Source: Balanoglossus misakiensis
Taxonomy: Eukaryota > Animalia > Hemichordata
Reading direction: 5' to 3'
Length of the DNA: 64,000 bases
Assembly: GCA_040954595.2 (NCBI GenBank)
Contig: CM082595.2
Span: 4,366,137-4,430,136, forward strand
Shown here piece by piece: positions 1-12,733 of this stretch (its first letter is position 1; every line of letters begins with the position of its first letter). Position numbers and translations under genes: made by a program. The notes below the pieces were generated by a model. The model worked only from the letters and a program-made list of their open reading frames with translations, did not search any database and was not told the origin of the DNA.

Positions 1-400
1 CACTATTATTACTACACTTATGTTTGCATATGTCAAAAATGAGTTTAACTCTTGCTCGATAGTTTGAAGCAGTCTATGGGGGTGACATACTAGTCAACCT
101 TATGCCTTCTGTACAACGGGGCAAATCCTACAGTCTGGACGCATACTGCGCGTAATATACATAAACCATACAGACGCGGACGCAAAGCTTGACGCGATCA
201 GTTCATCGCTATTTATCCTACACACTGCATACTAGTATATTACCGCACGTCTGTTCACACGGAATCGCTGTCAAAATACTAGGAAGGAGTACAAACGAAC
301 AAAATCTGCCATTGGAATTGGGCGAACGACGACGAGTACTGTCCTCTACAAATCCGATCACCAAATATAAGGGGACGTTTGAAAATTGTAACACACTCAC

Positions 401-437
401 TGTCTAAATACTGTTCCAAGTAAAGCGCCGTCGCCAT
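401..437 (-). CDS. ING4/5: First coding exon of an ING4/ING5-like (inhibitor of growth) chromatin protein; the rest of the gene lies left of the window
   Basis: Minus strand ATG GCG ACG GCG CTT TAC TTG GAA CAG TAT TTA GAC A|gtgagt = MATALYLEQYLD(S). This is nearly identical to the ING5 N-terminus I recall (MATAMYLEHYLDS). The exon is 37 nt, phase 1, with a perfect donor. Confidence 0.85.
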
Positions 438-494
438 ATTGGTTCTTCCCGCCTAATCAATATACGTCATAGTATTAAGGTGCATTGTGGGAGA
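432..494 (-). promoter_or_regulatory. Proximal promoter motifs of the ING-like gene
   Basis: YY1-like CGCCATATT over the ATG, E2F-like TTCCCGCC (~446-453), CRE half-site TACGTCA (~463), and ZNF143/Staf-like TCTCCCACAATGCAC on the minus strand (480-494). Motif match only. Confidence 0.45.
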
Positions 495-676
495 CACTGA
501 CGCGGACATACATGATCGGCTTCAGCGCAACTTTTTATGTAATTTCAGTGCTTTTTCTGTCACGGTGGTGAAGCAAAAACAACAAGGCCTTAATCAGACA
601 TTTAAAAGAGGCTCATTCTCATTAAATCTCAGAATATAAACGACGTCTCTGGATCACTCAAATGATCTAATTCTGT

Positions 677-993
677 ATTATATTATACCAGTATATTGAT
701 GGTGTAAATCACGCTATTTGATTCGTCGAGACACGACACGTGACCGTGATATATTAGCCATATACCACAGTCATATATCATAGTCAAAGAAAATGCCTTT
801 TTAAAATGTTTTATGCAAAGTTTCAATATACTGGCATAATATAATAGCAATAAAACATCCCCAGCCATGGTATACCACTCGATTTTGACAAGTTCAACTC
901 CATATACGCACTCGCTATCGCTCGTGCGTATATGTCGTGAACTGGTCAAAATCTCGTGGTATACCATGGCTGGGGGTGTTTTATTGCTTAAAT
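677..993 (-). mobile_element. 317-bp dispersed non-autonomous element made of two adjacent inverted-repeat units (copy 1)
   Basis: Near-identical reverse-complement copy at 57572-57888. Internal IR pair AGCAATAAAACA(T/C)CCCCAGCCATGGTATA...TATACCATGGCTGGGGGTGTTTTATTGCT, plus a second pair ATTATATTAT(A/G)CCAGTATATTGA...TCAATATACTGG(C/T)ATAATATAAT. Confidence 0.85.
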
Positions 994-3900
994 ATGACTC
1001 CATAGCTGAGAAAAGAACTAAAATACTACAATAGGCATACACACATTTGATGGGGTGAAGAAAATCGTCTTCTTCAAGAAACTTGAAATAAAATAATAAG
1101 ATGTAATTCGGGGAAAAGACTCCCAAACTCTACATGCAGATACGTGTATTATCATAGTGATCATGTCAGAAATGAAAATAGTCTGAAGTTTTAATATTGA
1201 GTACATGTGTGTTCTTTGCCACGTACATACCCATAAATTATCTTATGGCAGGAACTGCCTCGGTTAGACAAAAAGTTTAAGTCTTTTGACGTGAGGCGAG
1301 TCTGTGGCCGCCCTCGGCTTCACTGCACGTGCACCTCAGCGGTGTGCTGGGGAGGACGACCAAAGCGCCCCCACAGGACACAAGCTTCAGTGACTCGACT
1401 GAACAGACCATTGCCTGAAAGACCGAAAGATTCGATTTTCAGTCATGTGCGGGCGCTCCGGCAATGCCTCGTCCCTGGAAAGGACTGAATCTTCCAGTCT
1501 AAACAGACCACGGCGCCAGGGATTCAGATAATAGCCACGGTCCCGCAACAAATCGGGTATTGGCGAAAATAAATCGTGCTGCTGTCAGTTGGAATGGCTG
1601 CAACAAAGACACCATGAAGTGACGGGTGGCCGGCCATTCAAACCAATGTGGTACATCTTTATGTACATTAATTAAACCCCGACTCCTTTTCCCTTTCTTC
1701 CAGTCGCCACTAACCGTTCCTTTATCGATTGCCTCCGTACTCTGAACGTGAAAAAAAAACAGGTTATCTGACCTGCCAATCATCTTCACGTGGACATGCT
1801 TACTGTATGTAAAGTTTTACAAACAAACAAACAACCAAACAAATAAACACACAGAACCTCGTCAGGCCGTATCATTTGCTTGATGGGTAAATAAAATTTC
1901 CGCCCTGACTTTCGACCTTGCTAGCAGTTTTGAGTCAGGTTATATCTCGGCAGCACGTGCAGATAACCAAATGATCGCGTCTGACCATTTGGCGTGTGTG
2001 ATTCGTTGTGATAATACGTACCGTGTGTAGACCCACGAAAATTGGCCTTATGACAGTTACAAATCGTTAGCCCATATACCTGCCAGTTTTGTGCGAGTGA
2101 CAAATTTTACTAATGAACTGTCGCACAGAAAACGACCTGCTTTTCGTCGCCTGAACTTTTAGCCTACCCTGTACTTTCTGTACTTATCCTACTTGGATGT
2201 ACATTCGAATTCTATAGCACTGCCGACACAGTCACACATACTAGTATACACACACACTCACATACATACATTTCATAACCTAGCCAATTAACACTCCCCA
2301 CACAGCCCCAATCAATACACACTTCCATTCAAACGTAGGGCCATTTGCATATTCACCCTTCCCAGTGTAAATTCCCTGTTACCGACATTCTCCGTCATTC
2401 AGGCATCAGTATCTGACGAGTGTAGGCCCCGCTTACACGAAACTGAACAGTAATACATCGCCTATGTTAAAACAGCCCTAGTTCCCTTGTACACTCTACA
2501 TACGTATATATATACACACACGCACGCACATCATATACCCACATATGCGTGCACAATGCTTGATTTGATTTGGTTTATTAAAAAAAATGACAGCACACTA
2601 AATACATTGAAACAAACCACATCTTGTGCTAAGATAACACAGAAAAGTTCAAAACTTATTACCACTGACGATGGTCCCATAAAATATAATTAACAAATTT
2701 TAGAATGTGTCTGTCATTCATCGGTCGTGAAAAAATGACCGCACCGTACCGTACCGTCGTCGCGCTTGTCATACGTTTGACAGACTGTACAGTCAAAGGC
2801 CAATGACCTTTTGTATATCTTTGATACGAAGACAACATGTGCGTATATCAACACATTGGGTCGGGGTATGATAGATTCAGTTCTCCAAAAATAACAAGAA
2901 ATTTCGGTCAAGGAAGACGTGTATTGTAAACAAATTAAGTTATCTCTGCGGGGAAAAGGGTTGACTCAGCTTTTTTCACGAATATTTTTCTCTGTCGGGA
3001 AATCTTTCGATGAAAATTTCTTAAAATTAAGCATAGTGACAAGACTAGTCAATCATCAATTAAATTTTCACTCAGCCATGTACAAAATTATATGACTGAC
3101 AATAGCAGAAGCGTGCTGTCTAGTGGTTCTCAATGTAATGCTATGGGAAGACATAAATTCAACGTTCATAGCCGTGCATATATGGTGCGTGAAGCCAAGT
3201 TTGTATGCAACCAAAGTGCAGGAAATTCAACTTAAAATTACCGAATTTACATTAATTCATAAAGAATTTTGTTCTACTGTGGAACGCGCGTTGTATACAT
3301 TCACTATGATAACAGAGAATGCATATTTTCGGGTTTTATTTGTCTGATTGGCTGTCGGACACTGAATAGTTTGAATGGTCGCGGCCAATTTGAGCCGTTT
3401 ATCATGTCGTTGACAAACGACCTACTCGTACCGTCGTCACGCTTGTCCACCCTTGTGATAGACCGGTGTTTCTAAAGTTAAACGCCCGTGTGTCAACAGA
3501 ATGACAGAGTGACAAAACTGGACAGACAGATGGGTCAAGGTATGAGCGAGACGAATACGCGATTAGCCAACCACAGATTGTTTTTTATCAATAAGGACAT
3601 GGGCACTACAGGTCAACGCATGTCAAATCGATTTCGCGCAAGGTTAGTTTGATTCTCTTTTTTTACCTGTCCACAAGCCGTATCCGTTGTCCCTGTGAAC
3701 GCCACGACACAAACCCCGGCAGTCTTTGGCTGCGTGCGGGGTTTAGTTGTGAGAACCCCACCACTTATGGCCGTACGTGTTGATCGCAGCACTTTGAATT
3801 GTCTTATCTGCTCAACAGCGCGGCAGGGTCGAGGCAGGTCGATGAAGATAAGTTCCGACCGCACAACCTCCACTTCGAGATGATGTGCGGCGTAAACACG

Positions 3901-4608
3901 CTCACGTGCGGAACTGGCAATGGAAGAAATCTCAGTCATAAACGTCTTCTCTTTTGATTGTTGTTTAAAAATTCTCTATGTCTCGACTGTTTTCCCTCAA
4001 CATTTCGACTTGACTAAATCGAAGATCCCTATATTTGTACGCCGCGCCTTTGTTAACGTTGGATTTTGTGAATGAATGAGTGAGCGAGTCAGGTGAGTGA
4101 GTGAATGCATGAATGAATGATTATATCCTTGTCAGAGCTGCACAGTTAGATTTGCTCCGTCGCTGTATCCTGTGAAGGAACTGTATACATTTTGTACACG
4201 CACAATTACCCAAAACTCGTTTACTCGAGAAAGATGCATAGAGTCTGGAAACCAGTGCTGCTTTGAGTATCCACGTTGGTGAACGGATGTGGGTATTGAT
4301 GGAAACAGCATTAAAGCCCTCGCGTGATTTGACGTTCACCTTGTCTTGTCACGTGGGACGGCGTTTACAGTCACCCGATCATCTGAACTAAACGCGAACC
4401 GCCAACAAGGTGCGTCCTGTGGTCCTATCAGAAAACGGGAGCGTCGCCGATCGTGTTTGCCATTGCAAGACCCACTGCGAGGCTAAAATATGCAAAGCGG
4501 AGATAAAGATGCCAAAAGGTGTGGTGATTGCAGCAGTGGGTTTATTGCTCTTCTCGCGTCACCCGAGTCATCATCTCTGCCCAGGACGGACAAAGGACAG
4601 CTGCTAAA

Positions 4609-7600
4609 ATGAAAGGTGAGCCAATCATTTTCACGTTTCATGGTGTAACCCACGCCAGTGTCACGCTATTTCATTAACAATCCCTGATTAAATTAACCAA
4701 TTTGCATTTTAAAAACTCGGCAAATTTTAATCGAATGTGACACGAACGAAATTTAAATAAAAAAAACTTCGTCTTCGCTTGACGTTGTTCAACGCAATTT
4801 TGACTTCTACTTCTAAATCGCCGTTTTCATAGAGAACAAATATATCTTTGAAGCTTACCTTGCCACAAATACAATTCTAATTTCCAAGAGTGTAAATTTT
4901 CTCTGCAAAATGAACGCCGTCCGTGAGAAAGACGACTTTTCGTAAACTTGTTATATAAAGATGAGTATCTGAAGCTCTAGACGCAAAATTCGCCTAACAT
5001 ATGGATTAGGGGAAATGTTTGTACTCTAAACAAGAACAACGCTTACCGACATTTGCTGTGACGTAAGATCAGTTTGCTTAGTCCGTGTTGAGAGTTGACA
5101 ACATCTTTATGATCTGGTAGAACAGTGTTGATTAACGATAGCTATTAATAAGTGGGCAAGGAAATTATAATCGGGCTGAGTTCAAAGTCATGATGGTTGT
5201 GTGATGGCGCTAGACTTATGAAAACGGGTATGGTGATCAGGATGGTTATCAGCTCGACATTTTGGGGGTCGTAGAACGGGCATATCCGAGAACAGAACCG
5301 TTTGCAGAAAAGACACATCGCAACCTGATTCAAATTTGTGACGCAGCTATTGCAGAGTGACGATTTTAATCCTTAAACTATATTTTCCCAAAGTAGAATT
5401 CTGAAAAGTTCCAGGACCACTTACGGTTTTCATTCATGATAATAGGCCTAATCAGTGCCAGTATTTGAGCTGTGACGTTCCAGAAACGTTCCAATGATCC
5501 CTGTGTGAACGCCATAATACGCGAAATGTTGTGTTGGAAAATTCCTTGTTGTGAAGTGTTGGAAAATCCCTTGTTGTGAATACTTATATGAGCTTCTCTG
5601 TTTTGCCTTCTCTTTAACAGACCACTATGAATTCATCATCGTCGGCGCTGGCCCCGCGGGCTTGCAGATGGCCTATCAGATGAACAAGGACAGCAGGGAC
5701 TATGTGGTACTGGATGCAGCCGACAGGGCCGGCTCCTTCTTCAAAACGCAGCCCCGACACCGCACACTGATCTCCCTCAACAAGCGCTTCAACCCGTTCC
5801 CGGAGCACGAGTACAACATGCGGCACGACTGGAACTCGCTGCTGTGCGACGACCCCACCCTGCTCTTCCGGAACTACTCGCAGGACCTCTTCCCCAAGGC
5901 CGACGCTCTCGTGAGCCTCCTGGAGGACTTCGCCACCAAGTACGAACTCAACATCTGCTACCACACGAGAATCACAAACATCGACCGGGAGCCCAACAAC
6001 GGCAACTTCAAGCTGACCTCCAAAGACGGCAGGAAGTTCACGTGCAAGGTCCTCGTCATGGGCACCGGTGCTCTGGGGGATAAAGTGCCCGAAGATCTCG
6101 AAGGCGTAGAACTCTGCGATACGTACAGCAACCACACCGTGGATCGGGAGGCATACGCCGGCAAAAACGTGTGTATCCTTGGGCGAGGAAATAGTGCCTT
6201 TGAGGTGGCTGATCACCTTGCAGGGCACGCTGCCCTAATTCATATTTTTGGAGAGAAGAAGCTCAAATATGCATGGGATACTCATTTTGTTGGTAAGTGT
6301 AATCCAATGCGGTCAAAGGCAGGTGTCAGGGTATCCTCTTTTCTTATCGCGAGCAATTGTTGGAGAGGTCTCCTTCATCTTTGGGAGCAATGCTGACGAC
6401 ATCTTTACACCCAGAAAAGTTGCGCATGTGCAGTTCTAGCGACCGCTCCTCTTTTCACCAGTATTTGTAACTTTGTGTTAGCAAAATTAATCGCTATATA
6501 TATGTATCTATGCATTGCTTGCTGGTGGGTCTACTATGAAAGTCACTATTTGTGGAAGGGTTCTTTCGTTGACATTTGCGAATTGTTTTTCACCGGAATC
6601 AATCATTGATTTTTTTGCATAAGCTGAAATTTCATAACCAGTGCTATACTAATTAGCATAGCAAAGAAGTAATAAATTTGTCATGTGGACGTGTACTTGT
6701 CAACATTTGCTTAAACGATGGGTTATTGGTGGTAGGTAAATTAAAAAGGGCAACTTGACGACAGAAGGAACGCAAATAGAAATGTGTTTCCAGCAGAGTA
6801 GCTACTTAGCCAGCATAGTTATAATACTATAATACTATAGAATAGGTACTAGCATATAAATGCTAGTACACAGGCATTACTATGCCGGCCATTTAAAAAT
6901 CAAACACCGACAGAAATACGGCGCGACGACCCCTTCACTGTAATTAATTGTGGCGTGGAACTACCTATTTCACGCGCTAATAAAACGAAACTCGTTTCGC
7001 TTTCAGGCGATCTGCGGGCCGTCAACAACAATGTTCTCGACATGTACCAACTGAAATCGCTGCACGCCTACCAGGCTTTCAAGATCAAATCGGTTCGAAA
7101 GGCTGAGAACGGAAAGCTTGCCGTGGAGATCGAAGACTTGGTGGCCCACTGGAATCCGCCAGGCAGGATAAGGTTGACAGCATTCTACGACAAAGTCATC
7201 ATTTGCACGGGTTTCCGCTACATCGATCTGAGTCTGTTTGCAGACAAAATTAAGCCAGGTATGTTGGGAGGTCGAGTCCCCCATAGTACATGTGTCTTTG
7301 TTCCACCCCACCCGCACCCCACCAAACTCCACCTCTGAATTCATTTTACACATGATGTCGATGGGACATAAAGCTTACTGTCTTTTCTCTGTGTTTCGCT
7401 TTACAAATCTCGTGCATTATTTATCATTGTGCCAAACGACACCCAAGTCCCCGATTTTTGCTCACACAGACACCGTGAAAGAAGGCAAGTTCCCGGCCCT
7501 GACGACTGGTTGGGAGACTTCAGTCCCAGATATGTACTACATCGGTACTCCCATGCAAAGTATCGACAGGCAGGCCGCATCCGGCTTCATCCACGGATTC

Positions 7601-8543
7601 CGTTACAATGTCCGAACTCTATACCACCTGCTTCAAGAGAAATACAACAAGACTCCCTATCCTAGAACCAAAGTTGACCATGACCTCACCAGTTTATCAA
7701 GTGCGATCATCGGTAAGATTTTTAGAAATCCTTGTCAGTATAGACACCTCCATTTCAAGAAGACGTGCATGCGTCGACATACTTGACTCTTTGTCCCTTC
7801 TGCTCCAATCAGGGCGCATGAGCACAGCCGCCAGCATCTACCAGATGAACAATTTCCTGTGTGACGTATTGGTCGTTCCTGACGACAAGAAAGGCAAGGC
7901 CGAATATTTGACCGACCTGCCGAAGAAGTACGTCATCGAAGGCGACCAGATCAAGAAACACAAGCACGTCTTCGTCATGGTGCTGCAATACGGCTTCAAC
8001 AGGTGAGAACAAAGCATGTTTTGAACAATGGAATTAGGTAACAACACTTACCATGGTCATTCACTAGCATTCAAAATGGCCGCCATCGGAATGTCTACAA
8101 CAGTCAAACGACCAACATAAGAGGGCGCTTTTCGAACCTGACTGAAAGAGTCCCCATCCATGGCTCTCTTGCAGATTTGGCGAGATCGGGGGCCACCCCA
8201 ACGAGTTCGTTCACATCCCCGATTTCGAACAACCGTTCTGCGGTCCCTTCCTGCACCCAACGGTCTACTATTACCGGGATGGCAAACTGGTGGACGAGAC
8301 TGACTTGCTAGAGTCGCTCCTTCTCCGCTTTGACGGCTCCGAGTTCAAAGAGGATAACCCCGACAAGCAAAGAAACCGAGTCAAGAACTTCCTCAACAAA
8401 CACGTAAGTGACATGACGACAAACGAGAATTTGACCAGAAATCTTCAAATTTTGCATAGATACACAGGCACATGCACAGATACATAAATACAAAGATACA
8501 TAGATACATACATCCCGGAGTACGAATACTAATCTCTCCTCCT

Positions 8544-8574
<31 letters not shown>

Positions 8575-8755
8575 ACACACACAGCTAAAACTGTCAGATG
8601 AAGAATTCAATGAGAAGTTCATCAGCTCGCCGGAGATGTTCAAGCAGATCTTCACGCCACTTACAAAGGAAGAGATCAAAGCGCTCGGCGACGGGTACAT
8701 GTACAAGGGCAAGTGTAAGCCGATGACCATTGACATGCAGGGAGGAGGAATGTAA
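4609..8755 (+). CDS. FOXRED2-like: FOXRED2-like FAD/NAD(P)-dependent oxidoreductase, ~587 aa, 7 exons
   Basis: Exons 4609-4615, 5621-6292, 7007-7258, 7470-7712, 7813-8002, 8175-8403, 8585-8755; all GT-AG, sum 1764 nt in frame. Motifs: GAGPAGLQ (FAD), PRHRTLISLNK, RHDWNSLL, GRGNSAFE (NAD(P)H), THFVGDLRAVNN, ASGFIHGFRY and FLHP, typical of FOXRED2/ERFAD. The 7-nt first exon is less certain. Confidence 0.9.
5531..5580 (+). repeat. 25-bp tandem duplication upstream of FOXRED2-like exon 2
   Basis: GTGTTGGAAAAT(T/C)CCTTGTTGTGAA x2, each copy containing a kappaB-like GGAAAAT(T/C)CC. Confidence 0.8.
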
Positions 8756-9555
8756 CACAGTCAAGACAATCTACACAAGACCAGAAAGACGGCGTTCAAT
8801 GTTATGGGTTACAGACACAGTCGCTTGGGAGTTGTACGTTGTTACATGGCGATCGCGCCTATGACTTAGAAAGGGTCAAGTCGCTCTGTAACAATGTACA
8901 CACGCCTCTCAAGCGACTGTGGGTGCAGACCACGGGTACAGACCCCTACATAACACCAATGACGTAAACCCTAAACGGACCTAACCTTTTCCAAGTCAAC
9001 CGTTCATAAAATCGTTGTGTGACATGACTCCTCGAGTAGATATAACCCAAGTGACGTCATATCCGGGCGTCAGATGTTTCAGCGTAAACAACTATCCACC
9101 CAACCACAGATGAGCGAATGGCACACTTACAACACCTTCAAATTTGAAAAAATCTCTAACATGAACTGGGCATTTTTTGTTTTTAGGTACAGAGCGCCCT
9201 GACTTAATAAATTTATCAACATTAACAGTTAGCAACACTCCTATAAAAGCCTGGCAACAAAAAACTCTCCAAAACAACCCTTTTCCAACAGATATGTCTG
9301 TGATGCATAGAGTAGGGATTTTAACAAGAAGATAGATATAGTAGATTATCCAACATTTTCCGTATTCCTGCTACTGTACCGCCCTTGGATTACGTTGATT
9401 TGTAATACTATGTCGATTTAAAATAGATGGTAGATTTCTCTCAATTATTATGAAGAATTTGTGTAAAGTGGTACTTATAATTTTGAGCATTTCATTAAAA
9501 GTTGAATGTTGCGGCAGGAATTCATATAGTAAATGATCATTATTATATTACGCAA

Positions 9556-9672
9556 GTATGTATGTATGTATGTATGTATGTATGTATGTATGTATGTATG
9601 TATGTATGTATGTATGTATGTATGTATGTATGTATGTATGTATGTATGTATGTATGTATGTATGTATGTATG
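9556..9672. repeat. (TATG)n microsatellite between the convergent 3' ends of FOXRED2-like and MACPF-A
   Basis: About 29 perfect tetranucleotide units. Confidence 0.98.
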
Positions 9673-9961
9673 TTCAGGTATGGTATGTTCAGCACCAATA
9701 TGATTTGTTTTGATTGAAACAAATGTATTCAGTAACCATTCATTTATTGAATCAACCCTTTCGCGAAAAATGTTCATTAAACGAAAATTAGATGCACTTA
9801 ATAGATTGACACTCATAGTGATATGTCAGCACATGGCGACCCCTGTATCCAGAGAGTCTACATAATCGGAAGAAAGGACTGACCGCATACCATAATGTAG
9901 AGTGAAGCTGAATAGACTACCATTGAAATATTTCTTGTCTGTGGTTCGATTCTGGTTCCGC

Positions 9962-12671
9962 TCATAAGGCGGTGCCTGTGAACGACAGAGAGAAACATCA
10001 AAAGACGGTGATAGAATTGGTGCACTAGTGTCATGGTCAAACTAAGGATTTGACTTCACGCACGACGCTGACCAAATGGTGATTATGCTTGTCACTAAGC
10101 CGCGCAAGGTAAGTTAAGGTAAAACTCTCAGGGTGTCATGGGGGCTTTGTCATAGGTTGTTTGTGGGGGTGGGGGGAGGGGGTGGGAGAGGGGGGATCTC
10201 GATGCTCACCAATACTACAAGCTCTCGTAACGGGATCCATTTCTCTGCCAGATGGACATGTTTCAAGACACATGTTATTGAACCACACACACGAGCACAC
10301 CCTGTGTATAGAAATACAATGAGTTCAAAAAGCTCCACTGCAGATCCATTACAGCAACAGTTATTGACATACAGTATTCCTACATGTGATCAAATGGGTG
10401 TGTTTACGCCTTCGTGTGATACTTCTGTGTGCCACCCACTGAAAATCTGTGATTGGCTACATTTCTAAACTTGTGGACAAGCTGGGGTGTCTAGTTGAAC
10501 AACCACAGAACGGGGCCTAAATTATACACTGCACCTTATACTTTGATTTTTTCTGCAACAAAGGCTCTCTGACCTGGAAATCTGGACATGCACACACTCA
10601 AGAAGCAATTCGTAACATCTGACCCGTGAAATAAATGTTCCATAAGTGTGTTTAAAAAATTAGACGGCACATACATGCATTTTACTTTGTCGTGTTTTTT
10701 ATGATGTGATTACAATAATGAACAAAAATATCCATATTTATTGGATTACTTACTGTTTGCCGTCAACAGTGATAACAGGTTTGGGACAATTTGCTGGTCC
10801 AATACATTCATATTCTGTTTCGTCGACCATTCTCTTTTGATTCAGACATTTAGTGCAAAGAAACGCTGTTGGTTGACCATCAGAAGAGATTCTGCATCCT
10901 ACAAGAAAGAGGGAGTCGGTGATCATTAGCCAAAACCTGGGCTGTTTTTCACTAATTTTATCTGTAGCAGTGTAGCACGTGGTCATGGAGATTGTTAAGT
11001 GGGTGGGTGAGTGAGTGAGTGAGTGAGTGAGTGAGTGAGTGAGAGGGTGGATGGATTGGTGAATTAATGATATAATCCATTCATTCGTTCATTCATTCAG
11101 CCAATCAGTCATTATTGTATGAATAAATGAATGAATGAATGAATTACTCAGTTAGTCAATCAACCAATCAATCTACCGATCAATCAATAAAGTTGAACTC
11201 ACCGAAGTCAGGATTGCATTCTGCATGGCAGTTGAGCTTACAGTACTTCTTGGTGGAGTCGTATGTCGTGCCAGTGCCACAATTGGTGTCCGCTGCGTCT
11301 GTGCGGAGAATCGTTGATGATTCCAGAATGGTCACAAGCCTTAAATAGCAAACAAAGAAACAAGAAATAGTGTAGGTATCCATCTTCAAAGTACAGAATC
11401 ATGGTACATGTATTAGTAACAGCTTTTCCAGTGGTAAACGTTGGAGAGGAAGTGAGAAGAGCGCCATCACCGGTGGGAGTTTGGCATCCGGTTTTCCAGC
11501 TTCCTCTTCAGTATTTTGCGCATGCGCACTGATCAACACTCACCATGGATAGCTGAGCTATCATTGGGCTCTTGAGCGCTAATAATATCATAAGGCCGCC
11601 TAAAAAATAGTATGTGCTTTTCCGATTACATGTTTTTCAAAAATAGGGTTGGTAGGTAGGAAAATGTTTATATTAAGCAATTTTGTTTATTTCTCTCCAG
11701 GTTTAAGGTCTATGAAGTTTGGAGTCGGCGGGTTAAAATTAGGGTAGGATAGGTCGGGTAATTGAAACAGCACATATTTTTTTATTTTGGCCTAGTGCAA
11801 TTGGCTAATTGAGTAGTTCGCTTAGATGTTAAATGCAACGGTAAATATTGAGGCCACATCATTTCAGGTCCTTCATTTTCTGCATTGAAATTTCCTGTGA
11901 TTGAAATTGAGTCACACGACCACTTACTTGTCGCCGCTGCCGAAGGAGTAAAATGTTGGCTGAATCGGGTCGTGGACGTCGTTGTACGACAGGTATGTCA
12001 GACGATTGTCGATGTCACCACGGTATTTGCCGTACTCGATCAATGTGCTGGTACTGTCAGACTTCACACACACAAAGTAACTCTGGTGTATAACCGAATC
12101 GCCGAGTCCTCTCGCATTTAAGGTGGTGGTTTCTGTCAGAACGTGGTTGTACTGAAAGAAAGAAGTGTGTAGATAGATACCATCTCATCTCTTTGCAAGA
12201 GTTTAGGACTCTTGTTTTGTTATAATTTCCCTGTAACCAACGACCATAGATTCACTGATTACCCCCTTAAAGATGCGCTGAAAAGTAAGACTCTAATCGT
12301 GTGTTTACACACAGAAAAGTCGCACGTATGCAATTCAAAAGACCCCCTTAAAAGGTGAGCATGATATCCCTTACCTTTTTGATAGCTGCGAGAGTGGAGG
12401 ATATCTCTACGAAGTACCAAGTCTGTCTGTCGTCTGGGACAGCCGCAAACGCGGTAAAAATGGTACCTTCACTGGTTGCGGTAAAATACAGGCACATACC
12501 CTTATCTTTCAAAAGGAAAAAAATGAACAAGCGCCTTAATCTTCATTTTACTCTTTCTGAGAGTTTTGTGTCAGATCACTTATAAAAGACAAAGTTGCCA
12601 TAATATTAATAATAATCATCATCATAATAATAAAATAATCGTTGTCGACGTAGTCATCATCATCATCGTCC

Positions 12672-12733
<62 letters not shown>

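Noticed and set aside
683-1126. 147-aa ORF with a near-identical twin at 57565-57882
   Set aside because: Both lie in the 317-bp dispersed repeat; no recognisable domain or splice structure.
2735-3455. Short direct repeat GTACCGTCGTC(G/A)CGCTTGTC at ~2750 and ~3428
   Set aside because: Probably an old repeat fragment; termini and TSD could not be defined.
5614-6228. Long antisense ORFs over coding exons (also 13929-14540, 41934-42494)
   Set aside because: Shadow ORFs opposite real exons, with no independent protein features.
9475-9816. HTYI/MYVC repeat ORFs (also 16946-17257, 24859-25147, 50108-50577)
   Set aside because: Translations of microsatellites.
10750-10753. Apparent stop codon of MACPF-A (…DGKQ*)
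   Set aside because: CA|gtaagt is a donor in the same phase as in MACPF-B, and a homologous next exon (QVCSCVWFNNMCLETCP) exists at 10301-10210. Use as an alternative end is not excluded, since an AATAAA follows.
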